From Cyanophora paradoxa CCMP329 (taxonomy: Eukaryota > Plantae > Glaucophyta), in NCBI GenBank assembly GCA_004431415.1, contig QPMI01000168.1:1-64000 (forward strand): a stretch of DNA of 64,000 nt. Reading direction: 5' to 3'. The translations under genes were made by a program, and so were the position numbers. Below, in pieces: positions 22,130 to 35,188 of this stretch. Numbering within the stretch: position 1 is the first letter of the stretch; every line of letters starts with the position of its first letter. The notes below the pieces were generated by a model that worked only from the letters and a program-made list of their open reading frames with translations, was not told the origin of the DNA and did no database searches.

Positions 22130-24440
22130 ATGGCGATGGAGCCGAGGGAGAGCCCAGGACCCGCAGTAGCTCTCGTCAGCGCTGAGTTCGGGGCGGCTGC
22201 TCCGATAGCTGCGCATGCGGAAAACCAGCGGCAATTGCAGCGCATTCGCTTCGTCGTGGCTGACGTGCCGGGGGTCACGGAGCTGCTTCCGAACGAGATT
22301 GAAAAATGGGCCTCGCTCCGCAACCAGCGCGTGCTGCAAGCTAGCTACGCCCCGGATGCCTCGCGGCCCGGCGAGCGCATGACAATCGACGCCAGCGCGT
22401 TCGAAACCTATCGATGGCAGGCGAACGTCGTGTACGACCTCCAGCTGGAAGGTCCGCCTTCCCGACGAGCGCTCCGGATCGATATCCGGCCGCGTCGCCG
22501 CTGCGCATGCTGACGCTTGCTTTCGCATGCGCAGATCGATGGTGCCTTGCCACTCGCTGCGTTTACGGGCTCGCATCGGTCGCGTTCTGACTCGAGCTTC
22601 CTTGCTCGCGCACAGGTCTCTCTTGCAGTGGCTGTCTCGCGACTCCGATGCACGGGTTCGACATCGATATTGTGCTCCTCGCCCTCACGCTCCTCCCTCT
22701 GACTCTCGCGCAGGACGCGCTCGGCGCTCTGCGGAGGCAGGTGGACGCGCTCGCGCGGGCGCTGGAGGAGGAACGCGAGGAGCGGCGGCGGGCGGCCGCG
22801 GCGCTCGAGGCGGCGCTGCGCGAGGCGGAGGCGCGGCGGGCGGCCGCCGCAGACGAGGCGGGCGGCCGCGTCGCGGGGCTCGAGCAGCAGCTACATGAGG
22901 CTCTGGCGGCGGCGGCGGCGGCGGCGGCGCAGGAGCGCGCCGAGGAGGTCGAGCGGCGGCTGCGCGGGGAGCTGGCGGAGCAGCGGCGGGCGGCGGAGGG
23001 CGCCCTAGAGCTCGCCGCCGCGGCGGCGGAGGAGCGGGCGAGGCGCCTCTCGGACGAGCTCGCCAACCTCGTGCGCCCCTTCCACGCCGCGCCCGCCCCT
23101 CGAGCTCGTCGCGACTCGCGGCCCGGGGGCGGGCGGCGCAGCGGGCGGAGCTCCAGAGGGACGCGGCGGGGCGGGCGGATGCGGCGGGGCAGCTCGAGGC
23201 GCGGCTCCGGGCGCTGGAGGCGCGGCTCGACGAGCTGCGGCGGGAGATGGAGGAGCAGGTCCGGCCCCACTCCGCCCCGCCCGCACCCCTCGCCCCGCCC
23301 CTCACGTCGGCGCAGAAGCGGCTGTACGAGGAGGAGATGCGGAGACGGGAGGCGGAGGCGGAGGCGCTGCGGGCGCGGCTGGAGGCGGAGACGGAGGCGC
23401 GGCGGCGGGAGCGGGAGGAGGGGCGGGCGCGCCTCGAGGAGGAGCGCCGCCGCTCCGAAGAGGAGCGCCGCCGCCGGTGCCTTCCCCGGCCCCCTCGCCG
23501 CCCGCCCACCGCCCCCGCGGCACGACCCGCCCGCAGGGACGAGGAGGCGGCGCAGCTGCGGGCGATGGTCGAGGCGCTGCGCACGGGGAGCGCCGCCAAG
23601 CGCGAGGAGGTCCGGACCCCCATCCGCCTCTCGCCCATCCCCCTGCCTTCTGAGGGTGCGGGCGGGCGCAGGCGGAGCTGGAGCGGCGGGCGAATCAGGA
23701 GGCGGAGCGGCGGGCGAGGGAGGAGCAGGCGGCCGAGATGCTCGCCCGCGTCGAGGAGCAGGTGCCCGCGCCCGCCCGCGACTCGGGCCGCCCGGCTAGT
23801 GCAGCTTCGCCCGGCTCACTCTCCCTGCGCGCAGGACCGCAAGATCCAAGAGATGGCGGCGCGCCTGCACCGCGCGAACAGCGTTGAGCCGCCGCCCCCG
23901 GGGCTCGTCAAGCCGGCCTCCCCCGGGAGCTTCCGGCGCGTGCCGAGCCGGGAGAGTCTAGAGGAGGAGGCAGCGGCGGCCCTTGAGCGGGTCAAAGACG
24001 TCGGCAAGCGTGTTGGCGACAACCTTGACGGCCTGGTGCGTCCCCGGCCCCTGCCTCCCGCTTCGCTCTCGTCCGCAGGGCTGACGCCGCCGCCAGCTGG
24101 AGCGAATCTTCCAGAAGAGCGTGGAGGTGAGCGAGCGGCGGAGGACGATACCTCCGCGCAGCGGCAGCGCCACGCGGCGCGACCCGTCCCCCGCCCTCGC
24201 CCCGCGGCCGGGCCGGGGCCCGTCTTCTGGAGGTGCAGAAGGAGACGCTCGAAGCGCCTCCAAGGCGGAGCTCGTTCGGCAGCGGGTGGTGCCAGAGTCA
24301 CCGCGCGCGCGGCTTGGCGGCTTGGCGGCAGCGGGTGGTGCCAGAGGCACCCCGCGCGCGTCGGCGGGCGGCAGCGAAGACACCGCGCGCGCTTCGACGG
24401 GCGTGTCTTCGGCTGGGGGCGGAGACGGAGAGCATTAATT
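22130..24440 (+). CDS. Multi-exon coiled-coil protein with small N-terminal globular domain; function unknown
   Basis: Exon 1 MAMEPRES..RIRFVVADVPGVTELLP..YDLQLEGP, followed by E/R/A heptad exons (DALGALRRQVDALARALEEE.., KRLYEEEMRRRE.., DRKIQEMAARLHR) with GT-AG boundaries. End approximate. Confidence 0.7.
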
Positions 24441-25219
24441 GATTGTCGAGATAAAAAGTTCGCACAAGTTAGCCAACTCCCAAAGTTAATGCGGGAAAGT
24501 TAAAGTTAATGAAGCCGAGGCCCAGTGGCGTGTAGGAATATTTAATAGCTTTTGCCTGAACGTACTCTTGGCTTTTGCCTGTGGGAAGTTCACTCAGGAA
24601 AGGAATAGCTTTGAACGTACTCTTTAACGTATGCGGATTTCGGGCCCCCGAAAGGGCGGCCGGGGGGGGGGGGGTACGCAAAGTGAGCGCCGCCGGAGGC
24701 GAGAAGCATGCATGCGCATATGCATATGATGCTCACAGAGGTAGCTAGCACCGGACCGGCCGCGGAGGGTTAACGTACGCGTTCTCCCGCGACGTCAGCG
24801 TCGTGCCCGCGCTCTCTTTACTCTGTCGTCCTGGCCCCTCTCCTATTAATCCACCGATTAATCGGGGGCCTGGGGCGCAGGTGAAGAGGAGGCGGGAGGC
24901 GGAGGGGGAGGAGGAGGAGCGGGAGAGCGGTGGCAAGGGAGGGCGGCGGACTGCGGGACTTTCCACTTCAAGGGCTCATGAGGGATGGAGGAGTTGATCA
25001 AGGGGTGGGCGCGTGGGACTGGCTACGTATACGGCTACGGCGACGTCAGCGTCGGGCCGCGGCCGGGGTCATCTCTTGGCCATAGAGACCGCCGGGCCGG
25101 CCCCGCAAGCGTTCATGATCAGCGGCTTGCCCCGCGTCGCCCTTGCATCGACGCCGCCCCGCTGGGGCCTGGGCGTGCTGGCAGCCCACAGCCTCTGGCA
25201 CGTCAAGGCTTGAATAATA

Positions 25220-25341
25220 TTAATTGAATACCGGAATTCCAAGGGCTCCAAACTGATCATGAAGGGTTAGGTGCGTGCACGGCTGCCCGACCCGGACGAG
25301 AACTTTGGCAGTAGCGAAAACGAAAAATGGGACGATAGTAG

Positions 25342-25373
<32 letters not shown>

Positions 25374-26720
25374 ACAGGGAGGGAGCGGTTGCCGGCCCCG
25401 CCCGGAGCCAACCCGCGCAGGAGGGCCGAAGGGGTGGAGGGGCAAACCACTGGGCCAGGTGCGTGGCCGGGGCCGGGAAGGGGAGAACCGCAGCCAGCGG
25501 GGTACTCGAAGGTACCGTGTGAACATAACTTGAGACGGGGAGGAGCAGACCCGGATACGGGTACCGGCGGGATCTTCAGGGCCGGATCGCTCGCCGGTGC
25601 GGCCGGCCTCGGCCCGCTCGACGTGCTTCGCCGCTGCGGGGTACCGTGAGATCGGCTGCGGGGGGGGGGGGGGCGAAGGGGGGGTACGCACGGAGAGAGC
25701 GGAGGGCGCGGAGGGCGGAGCGGGCGAGCGGGCGGAGGAGGGGTACGCCCTCGAGGGAGCGCGCGGCCTCGCGGAGGGTTGATCGATTTGCATTAGCACA
25801 TCCATACAACAATGAAGTCGTAACGTCGACCATACCCTCACTGAAAACAGTATCCAGGAAGAGAATATGAGGACTCTCGCGTGCTGTGAGCGGCCTCGCG
25901 GAGGGGGGCGGGGGGCGCCGGCGGCCGGGGCGGGGCGGGCCCCGCGGCGACGGCCCTCAGCGCCTCGTGCACGTCGGGCCGGCGCAGGCACGCCGGCTCC
26001 TCGAAGTCTGTACACCCCCGGGCGGGCCCCTCGGTCAGATGAGAGGGATACGGGCGCGAGGGCGCGGGGGCGGACCGAGGGCGTAGGCGTGGAGGACGCG
26101 GGCGGCTGCGAGGAGGAGGCGGCGGCGGCCCTCTGAGGCCTCGTCCCCGGGCCGCCGCGGCGCCAGCGCCCGCCCCCGCCCCGCCGCCGCCGCCGCAGCG
26201 GAGCCGGGGCGGGTGCCGGGGCGGGGCCGAGGCCCGGGGGCGGCGGGGCGGCGGCGCTGGCGGGGCGCTTGGGCGGCGGGGGCGCCTCGAGGGCCGCCGG
26301 AGCGACGAAGACGCGCGCGGCGATGTCGGCGGCCGGCAGCAGCTCGCGCCGCAGCTCGTCGGCCCCCGGCGAGAGGGCGCCGGCGGCCGCCGCCCACGCG
26401 TAGATCCCCAGGCTCGAGAGCTCGAGGTCGCGGCTCGAGACGAGGCCGTAGAGGGCGCAGACGCCGCCCGCACGCCACAGCGCCTCCGCGAAGGCTTCTG
26501 GAACGCGCGCGGCGTGAGAAAGGAGTGCAGGTGAGCGCGGGCGCCGCTGGGAGGGCACCGGGGCTGGCGGTCTCGGCGCCCATCTGTGCGAGCGCGCGGG
26601 CGGCCCCGCGCACCGCATCGCTCTCGGTGGCCTTGGGGCCGGCCTCGAGGGCGCGGAGCGCGGCGACGGCGCGGCCGACGACACGGCCCTGCTCCTCGGC
26701 CTCCGCGAAGGGAGGGCGCG
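25220..26720 (-). CDS. Multi-exon helical (ARM-like) hypothetical protein, 5' end lost in repeat
   Basis: Coding-like exons GRAVAALRALEAG, AFAEALWRAGGVCALYGLVSSRDLELSSLGIYAW, LLLAAARVLHAYAL and TLREAARSLEGVPLLRPL. Confidence 0.5.
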
Positions 26721-28405
26721 GGGGCGGCGGGGCGGCCCCTGTGCCCCGCCGGGCCGACCGCCGGGCCCGCTCGCCCCGCGTCGACCCGGCGGCCCTTCCG
26801 GCGGCTCGCCCCGTCGCGCGGCCGCGGCGGGCCGGCGCCCTGGGCGCCCGGAGGCGCGCGCCCGCCGGCTCCGCGTCGACCGGTTCGGCCCGGCGCCCTC
26901 CGCCCCGGGAGGAGGGCCTCCGCGCCTCCGCGTCCGCGTCCGACCCGCCCTCCGCGCCGCGGGCAAGCTTAAGGCCGCGGGTGCGGCGCCTCGGGCCAGG
27001 AGGGCGCCTCGCTCTGCCGCCGGCCTTGCCGCACCTTCGGAGAGGCGCCCGGCGCCGCCTGCGCACGCCCCCCAAAAGCGGCTCAGGGCTAGGAAGGGAG
27101 GAGGGAGGAGGGGGGTACCTGGGGAGGAGGGCGGGGGGTAGGGGCTCCCTTCTTCCCGGGGGGCGAGGGTCAGAGAAGGAGAGAGGAGGAGAAAGAGTAC
27201 GCACGGGGGAAGAGGAAGGGGGTACCCAAATGAAGGGAGCCGTGCCGTCTAGGGTACCCTTGGGAAGGAGAGGGGGTACCTTCACGGGAGTGCGGGGGTC
27301 GGAGGTGGTCAAACGGGCGAGTTCAAGATAAAAAACGGGTACCTGGGGAAAAGATAGGTACCCGATCAAAGAACATCGCGCCCTGTAATCGACGCCGCCT
27401 GCGTACCCCCCTTTCAGGGCTCGGAGGGCTTGAAAAGGGAGGAGGGAGGAGGGGGGCTACCTTGTCCATCGTGCAGGTCTTGGGGCGGAGGGTACATCTC
27501 CTCCCGAGCAGCTGTACCCGCCCAACGCACTGGAGGGGGGGGGAGGAAGGAAGGCTCAGAGGGCGTACAGGGAATAAAACGAGAGGGGAGGAAGGGGGAA
27601 TAGAGAGGCGAAAAGTGCGGAAGGCTCCCGTCGAGGGCGAAGAGGTCATACTAAAGGGGGAAGGGATGCTCGAAGGGGGGTACCAGGAGAAGGAAGGAAA
27701 TATTGGAGGTAAAGGGGTACTCAAGAGCAAAATGGCGCCAGCGGTCCGCCCCCTAAGCCGGTGCTGAGACCCGAAGCCAGCGGCGGGGTACAAGCGTGAG
27801 GGAGCCGGGACTCGCACGTGAGCCGGCGACTGCCGAGCGGCCGGGGGTGTCGACTGGCACTGTGCGGCTGCCGCCGCCCCGGGCTCGCCGCCAGCCGAGT
27901 AGGGCCCGTTCTGCGCAGGAGGGGCGGGGTGAGGGATTGGAGCTCGAGACGGAGAGACAGGCGGGTACGAGATGAGAAAGAGCTCGTGGAGGGAGGAGGA
28001 TGGAGGGCGGGAGGGCAGGGGGGGGGGGGGGGGGGAGGGGAGGGGGGCGGGAAGGATGGGCTATAACGTGGTGGAGTAGAGGGGGAAGGGAGAGAGAGGA
28101 AGGGGTGTGACGGGTACAGGAAAGGTGAAGATGAAGAAAGGGGGCAGGGAGGGCGGGTAGCCAAAGCGGTAGGCGGGAGCCGTGAAACGAAAAGGAGGGT
28201 ACTTCGAATTCGGGGACCGGGGTAGAGGCAAGGAAGGAGGGCGGGAAAGAGAGCAAGGGGTACGCACACGGGGGTACGCGGCCGGCCTCGCGCCCCCCCC
28301 GCCACCTCCGCCCCGCCTCGTGGGAAGCCGGCAGTGCCCGGTCGGCCCTGCGCGGCAGGCCGCGCGCTGGCCGCGGCGCGGCGCGCCGACCGGAGGCGGA
28401 GGGGG

Positions 28406-28441
<36 letters not shown>

Positions 28442-28679
28442 CGCGGGGCGGAGGGGACGGCCCAAAGCCGAAGCGGCGCCGGGGCGGGGGCGGGGGGAAG
28501 GGGGGGGAGGGGGGGCGGAGGCTGAAGGAGAGAACGAGAGGGAGGGGAAGGGGCTAGCAGGGGAGGAGAGCGGAGGCGGAGGCGGGGCGGTTGAAGGGGG
28601 AAGGGGGGGAGGGGTTGGGGGGGGGGGGGGGGAAGAAGATGGGGAGAGGCGGCCGGCGCGGCTCGGCGCGGCGCGGCGG

Positions 28680-29400
28680 GAGAGGTGCGGCCGCCGGCGT
28701 GGCGGGAGAGGGGCGGCCGCTGGGCTCGGCGGGAGAGGGGCGGCCGCCGGGCGCGGCGGGAGAGGGCGGCCGCCGGGCGCGGCGGGAGAGGGGCGGCCGC
28801 CGGGCGCGGCGGGAGAGGGCGGCCGCTGGGCTCGGCGGGAGAGGGGCGGCCGCGGGCGTGGCGGGAGAGGGGCGGCCGCCGGGCGCGGCGGGAGAGGGGC
28901 GGCCGCCGGGCGCGGCGGGAGAGGGGCGGCCGCTGGGCTCGGCGGGAGAGGGGCGGCCGCCGGGCGCGGCGGGAGAGGGGCGGCCGCCGGGCGCGGCGGG
29001 AGAGGGGCGGCGCCGGGCGGCGGGAGGGGCGGCCGCCGGGCGCGGCGGAGAGGGGCGGCCGCCGGGCGCGGCGGGAGAGGGCGGCCGCCGGGCGCGGCGG
29101 GAGGGGCGGCCGCCGGGCGCGGCGGGAGAGGGGCGGCCGCTGGGCTCGGCGGGAGAGGGGCGGCCGCGGGCGCGGCGGGAGGGGCGGCCGCCGGGCGCGG
29201 CGGAGAGGGCGGCCGCCGGCGCGGCGGGAGAGGGGCGGCCGCTGGGCTCGGCGGAGAGGGGCGGCCGCGGGCGCGGCGGGAGAGGGGCGGCCGCCGGGCG
29301 CGGCGGGAGAGGGGCGGCCGCCGGGCGTGGCGGGAGAGGGGCGGCCGCCGGGCGCGGCGGGAGAGGGGCGGCCGCCGGGCGCGGCGGGAGAGGGCGGCGA
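28680..29400. repeat. ~27-bp minisatellite GCGGCGGGAGAGGGGCGGCCGCCGGGC, ~26 copies
   Basis: Directly visible, with CTGGGCTC and CGTGGC variants. Confidence 0.95.
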
Positions 29401-31164
29401 GGCGGCCCCTCTAGCGCTGGAGAGGGGCGGGGCCCAGCGCCCAGCGCCCGGGGCGGAGGGCGGCGGCGACCCCCGCCTCGAGCTCGGGGCTCCGGAGCCG
29501 GGCGGCGAGAGCGGCGAGGCCGCCGCCGCCGCCGCCGCCGCCGCCGCCTGGAGAAGGCCTCGCCGCAGCCGTCCTTCGCGAAGGCTGCTGGGCGTCCCGC
29601 TGCACAGCGGCCGGGGCAGCGCTGGCGGCTGCGGAGAGGCGTCAGCCTCGCAGGCGGCCCTGAATCGAAGCCGGGCGCCGGAGCCGCGTCGGGAGGCCCG
29701 ACTGCGAAGGGAAGCCCCCCGCCCCGGCCCGCTCTCTCGATCCAAGGTGCTCGGGCCGCCGATCGGCGCGGGCGGGCGCCGGGCCGGGCGCTGCGCGCGG
29801 GGGCGGTGCCGGGGTGGTTAGATCGATCCGCTTCGGGGGCCACGGATGCGTACGCGTGGAGGACCGGCTCCTGAAGGCCCTGGTCGAATTTCGAAGCGAG
29901 GAGGCTGAGGAGACGGGGGCGGAGGCCGGGCGGGGCGAGGGCGAGAGTGGCTCATCGAACGTTCCGTGGCACGGCTCGCGCAGCGGGACGCGGCGGAATT
30001 CCAAGAAGACTTAGCCATCCCGAGTGCGACAGCAGCGCGCTTCGGGCGCGCGCGGCGCGGCGGACTCGCCTTGCAGATGTGCCGCCGGCGCCTGCGGAGC
30101 CGGCGAATGTGGCAGAAATGATCAGAAATGTGGCGCGGCGCCGGCGCGCGCGCGGGGGCCGGGGCGCAGGAGGGTAAGCGCACTGCGGCTTGGGCTCTCG
30201 GAATCGCCGCTAACAGTCAACGATTGAACGCAATCGACGCAGAGCTGGCGCAGTGCGACTTCGTGCGAGGCGCGCCACGGTGCACGTGAGCGAGAGACCC
30301 GGGGGCGCGCGTTAGAGCAGCGACATGCGCCGGCCCTGGTCTGCGCATGCGCCGGGCGGCCAGCATCGCTAGTCCGAGCAGTGGCCCATGGGCCGGGTAC
30401 AACTAATTATAACTGCGGCATCTCGACCTCACACCCCGAGCTCCGGACTCGACAGGCGGCGTGGCGCTGGCGAGTTGCTCCCACCAATGAGCCCGGCATG
30501 CGCGCCCCGTTCGGCTTCCGTTGATCGCCGACGCGAGATGAACGCGCAGGTGTCGCAGTGCGACCGACTCGGCGCAATCGATCGGGCGTGGCGAGCTGAG
30601 GCAAGCGAGTTCCAGAAGACTCTTCGCCCGCCACGGTGCGCCCTTCGCGCTCGCGCCCTGAATTGCAACCGCGCAGCTGCAGCTGCATGCAGCTGCGCAT
30701 GCATATGCAGGACTGCGGCCGCGGCGCCGGCCGGAGCTAACAGGGGCGCGCAGGCCTAGGTGCAAGTCGCAGTGTGATCGAAGCGCGGCAGTGTGGAAGC
30801 GCGGCGAAAGCGCCCGTCATCAAAAGAGAGCGCGCGCGGCGAAAGCGCCAAAGCAACAGTGAGGAAGCGCGCGCGGCGAAAGCAACAGTGAGGAAGCGCG
30901 GCGAAAGCGCCCGTCATCGGAGCTCAAGGCCTAGGCGCCCGCGCGCGGCGCGCGCTTCGCAGCTGCAGCTGCAGCTGGAGCGCTAGCTTGCGTGCGGGCC
31001 GGGCCGGGCGCGGGACGCTCTGGTGCCCAGTGCTCAGTGCAGCTGCAGCGCTAGCCGGCCGCGGCCGCGTGCGATCGCGAGCCCGCGCACCGTGAGACGC
31101 GTACGACGCTAGCAATTGCAATTGCAAACGAAGTCGCTACGCCAACGGAGGTGACCCAACCAAT

Positions 31165-31645
31165 TATAATATCATCATGAGCAAACTTTTGATCTTGAGG
31201 AATATATAATACGCAACAGGTGAGCTCGAGCTCTAGATCTAATCTGCAGTTTTCGCTTCGTTCTAGATCGTCGATTTCGATCGTCCCGCCCGGCGAGCCC
31301 CGACCGGCCAGCCCCTTCGCCGCCCGCCGCGCGCGCCTCCGCCCCGACCGGCCGGCCCCGCCCGAAAAGCCGCGCCTCCGCCCCGCCGCCGCCCGCCGCG
31401 CCTCCGCCCCGCCCGTCGAGCCGCGTCGCCGCGAGCCTACGGCCTAGATTATAATTATGATCAGCGCGTTCATCGCTTACCTTGGGCTTTCATATGCACA
31501 CGTGAAACAGCACACGCACTCTTGAGCTCGTGCTTGAGCCACAATATATATCATCATGAGTCGAAATGTACATTCGATCTTCGAGAATATGCAACAGGTG
31601 AGTTATACTTATAATCTGCAGTTTTCGCTTCGTTCTAGATCGTTT
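31165..31645. repeat. ~110-bp direct repeat pair (31165-31272, 31545-31642)
   Basis: ATATCATCATGAG...GCAACAGGTGAG...AATCTGCAGTTTTCGCTTCGTTCTAGATCGT present in both. Confidence 0.85.
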
Positions 31646-31889
31646 CAAGTTTATTTCGATTCACACTGATCGTGGGCTCCAGAAACTCCGCGCGCATGCG
31701 GAGGCGACTTCGCAACAACTCCGCCCAATGGCGGCCTGGGAGGCGCTTGAAATTTTCTACGCTTTAATCGTCGAAGACTCGAGGGCAGAGGAAGAAGCGA
31801 ACCGCGCCCAGCCACGTGAACAATCGCGAGGGGGCGGCGCAGGGACTTCGCACGGTCCGAGTCAGCGCTCCTCCATCGAATTCGAATCA

Positions 31890-34800
31890 CATGTTGCCAT
31901 CCTCCACGCAGTCCGTGCGCGTCGCCAGCAAGCTTGCAGGGTTGCGTCCGTTTCTTTAATGTGATCACGATCGCGATCACAATTTGCACCAGTACTGAGG
32001 GAACATTCACACGACCGTTAGGTGCTCGAGGCGCCGTGCCTGGCAGTCAGCGAATTTTGCCAATTGTTCGACGAGGACTGCTCACAAATCGTACTTCCTC
32101 TTTTTCACTTCAGATCGGATCGCCGCAGGGCCCTGATCATGAGTGTTGCGCCGCAGCCGCCACGGTCAGCCCCTGAGCCAGACAACTTTGGACTCGGTGG
32201 CTGGAACATCAACAGCTCCGCAATTGCAGTTATGAACCATCTTTCCCACGTTTTCTCTGAAATCGTGCGCGGGTTGATATCCCTGTTCGAATTCTCCCGT
32301 GGACGTTGTAACGTGCTCTGTCTTAACTTCCGTGTGCAGAACGCGCTTTCAAAGCCCTGGAAACAAGCACAGGCCTTGCCGGACGGACCCCGCCGTGAAC
32401 AAGCGCTGCGGGAAACGGGCAGGCGGCTCTGGGGACCCTCGGACCCGAAGGGCTCGCCCCCCAGGAGCCCTCTCGCCTCCTGGCACACCAGGGCGCCACC
32501 CACCTCGGGCTTCCTCGCTGCCCTGCGATTTGACCCAGAAACCTGTGGACTCCACGTCCTCCTTCACGAAGGACTCACGTCGCTGATTGTAGAGGGCGAG
32601 CTCTACGGCACAAGCTCGCCGCAGGACATCGCTCTCTTCCGCGAGTTCGCCGCGTTTTTGAGACAAGTGCAGCTTCAACTAATGAAGGAGAGCCCCCCGC
32701 GGCCGGACCTGAAAAGGATGCTTAACTGGCTGGCCGATTTTGTGGTGCTTGCTTCGAATATTCGAATATTTGAAGAAATACCGGCCTTGCTTGCCGTGTT
32801 TGATTGCTTCGGATATTCATTCTAGATCTGAACGTACATGCACAGGTACAGTGCGCCTGTAGTGTGGACGGACCCGCCCCAAGGCCGGAGGCAGGACGCC
32901 CAGGAGTCCAGCTAGTCTGCGCAGCGCTCGAACAAGCGAAGGCGTCGGCGTCGGCTTCGAATTTCTCGGCCGGTACAACACTAGCCTGTCCGCATACGTA
33001 TACGTATGCGGATCACGAAGCTAAGAGCCAGCTGCAGCAGAATTCGAACGGCCGCGGGGGATGGTGCGCGTGGAGTTCAGGGAGTTCGACTCCTCCACTA
33101 CGCCCTACACGTACAGTGCCGAGGAAGAGAAGCAGATGGCCGCTCTGCGCCGGCAGTTTGAGCGGGTGGCGCGCGCGTCTGGCGTCAAGGTTGTGCGGGA
33201 GGTGCGCACCCCAGGCCCTCGATCCGCAGCAGTTTCTGAGCAGAAAAGTCTGACGAAGCCGCAGCGGAAGTCGAATTTGAATTCGAAGGCGCCCGCAAGT
33301 ACAAGTGCTCCGGCGCAGCCCGAATCCGGGGGGGACGAGGTCGTGGAGCCCCCCAGTGCGGAAGGGGCAAGGACCGCCCAGCACGAGAAGCGCATGGCCG
33401 CGTTCCGCCGCGAGTTCGAGCAGGCCGTGCGGACGTTCGACGTCGGGCCGTCCTCGCAGTCGGTACATCCTCGCAGTCGGTACATCATGATCATGAATTC
33501 TCGAGCTCTGCATAATCTTATCCTTGCAATTCGCGCAATCGACCACTGCTGATTGCATTTTGGACTGCAGCCGGCTACCCTAAAGAAAGCACGCGAGCTG
33601 GTGCGCAGGATCTACTCAGATCTAGTCGCCGCTTTCTCGTTTCCTGACCTCGGATCGCGATCTGATCTGATCTGATCTGACCTCGCCAGAGCGCCGCGAA
33701 CCTCGCCCTGAACATCGAGTACAGGGCTGGCTCGCTGAAAGAGTTTGAGGCGGCGCTGAGGACCTCCCGCGCCGCCCTCTCCGCCCTACTGGCCCTCACC
33801 AAGCCCCCGGTAGCTGCGCATGCGGCCGCGGCCCGCCCTTCCGCCGCAGCCGCTGCCGCAGCTGCAGGACCCGCTCCTGCTGCAGCTGCAGCTGCAGCCG
33901 CGGCTGCGGTCGTCGACGTCGAGTCAGCATCTGAGGAGGAGGATCCGCACGAGGACGAGGCAGTCGCCCATCGGCTATCGGCGTCCGTGCGACTCGGCAA
34001 CGTGTTCGGCGCCCTTGATTCGGATCCGGACCCCAGGCGGCCAACTGCAGCGCTAGCTGCAGCTGCAGCCGCGCGCCAGCTGCAGCGACCTGCAGAGCGA
34101 GCCGCACTGCGTCCAGAGCGAGGCGCCCTAGGCCTGGATCCGGATCCGGATTCGGAGCCCGGGTGGCCAGTTGCGGCCGCGCGCCAGCGGCCTCCAGCGC
34201 GAGCCGCGGCCACGCGTCCGGCGCCGCCGCCGCTGTCACAGGCAGCGACCACAAGCTCGAGCCCCCCTCCCTCTTCCGAATCCAGCAATATTAATCGGCC
34301 ATCATCGGCCCCTGTTGCAGGTTCGGCCCGCAAATTTAATTAAAATCACAAATATTGAAATTTAAAGCTAGACGTCGACACTCTTGCAGATCTAAATTCC
34401 TCTGCGAGCCCATCCGCCCCCTCTCTCCCGGTCCCTTCCGGATCCTCTAGCCCGAGCAGCGCGCCGCCGGCTGCACCCGCCCCCTTACCAGCCACTGTTC
34501 GAAAACCGGCGAAGTACTGCCCCCCCGGCCTCTTCTCGCGGCCTGCGCCAGCCTCGGCCCAGGCACCGGCACCGGCGCCAGCTGCAGCCTCTTCGTCTCT
34601 GCCGCCGCCGCCGGGCCGCCGCCGCAGCTGCCGGCGCCGGCCGCCCTGGCTCCGGCGCCCGTGGCCGCGGCCGCGGCCGCGCCAGGCTCTTCTCCGGCAG
34701 CCGCTCGAGCTCTTCATCCACTAGCCTCGGCTTCGACTAGCGCTGCCCCTCCGGATCCCGGCGTCTCTGCCCCAGCCCCGGCGGCGGCGCCCGCGCCACA

Positions 34801-35188
34801 CGAGCCCTCGGACTTTGTCGCCCACGCGGTCTCGCCCGACGGCCGCCTCCTGAGCGCGCGCGTCAAGCGCCCGCGGCCGCCCCCCGCCTGCGTCCTCTGC
34901 AGCGAGGATCCCGAGGAGGACGGCCCCGCCGCCTGCATCGTCGGCATGCAGGTCCACGCGCCTTCGAATTCGGGCGCCGGCGCCGGCGCCGGCGGGCACC
35001 TCACCGGCCACGTCGCCGTCTGCGCCGCCTGCGTCGCCTCGTGGGACCGGCGGGCCGCCCGCTCCAAGTTCGACCTGCTCAAGTGCGTCGTGTGCAGGGC
35101 GGACCTCGCGCCCGGCCTGCACCCGCGGGGCCGGCCCCTCGTCGTCCACCAGTTCTGCCACCTCGATGGCAGCCGCGCCCAGCTCTAG
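31890..35188 (+). CDS. Large multi-exon protein with C-terminal RING-HC-like zinc finger (putative E3 ligase); start uncertain, may be two genes
   Basis: Final exon CVLC...TGHVAVCAAC...CVVCR, stop at 35188. Upstream helical exons (32022-32825, 33061-33470, 33690+) and long Ala/Pro/Ser linkers on the same strand. Confidence 0.65.

Noticed and set aside
24750-25213. Coding-like exon fragments on the + strand
   Set aside because: No consistent frame or recognisable family.
27721-29874. 400-670 aa ORFs
   Set aside because: Produced by the 27-bp minisatellite and poly-G tracts.
30790-30920. Degenerate GCGCGGCGAAAGC repeats as regulatory (E2F-like) sites
   Set aside because: No supportable downstream gene; could be simple slippage repeats.
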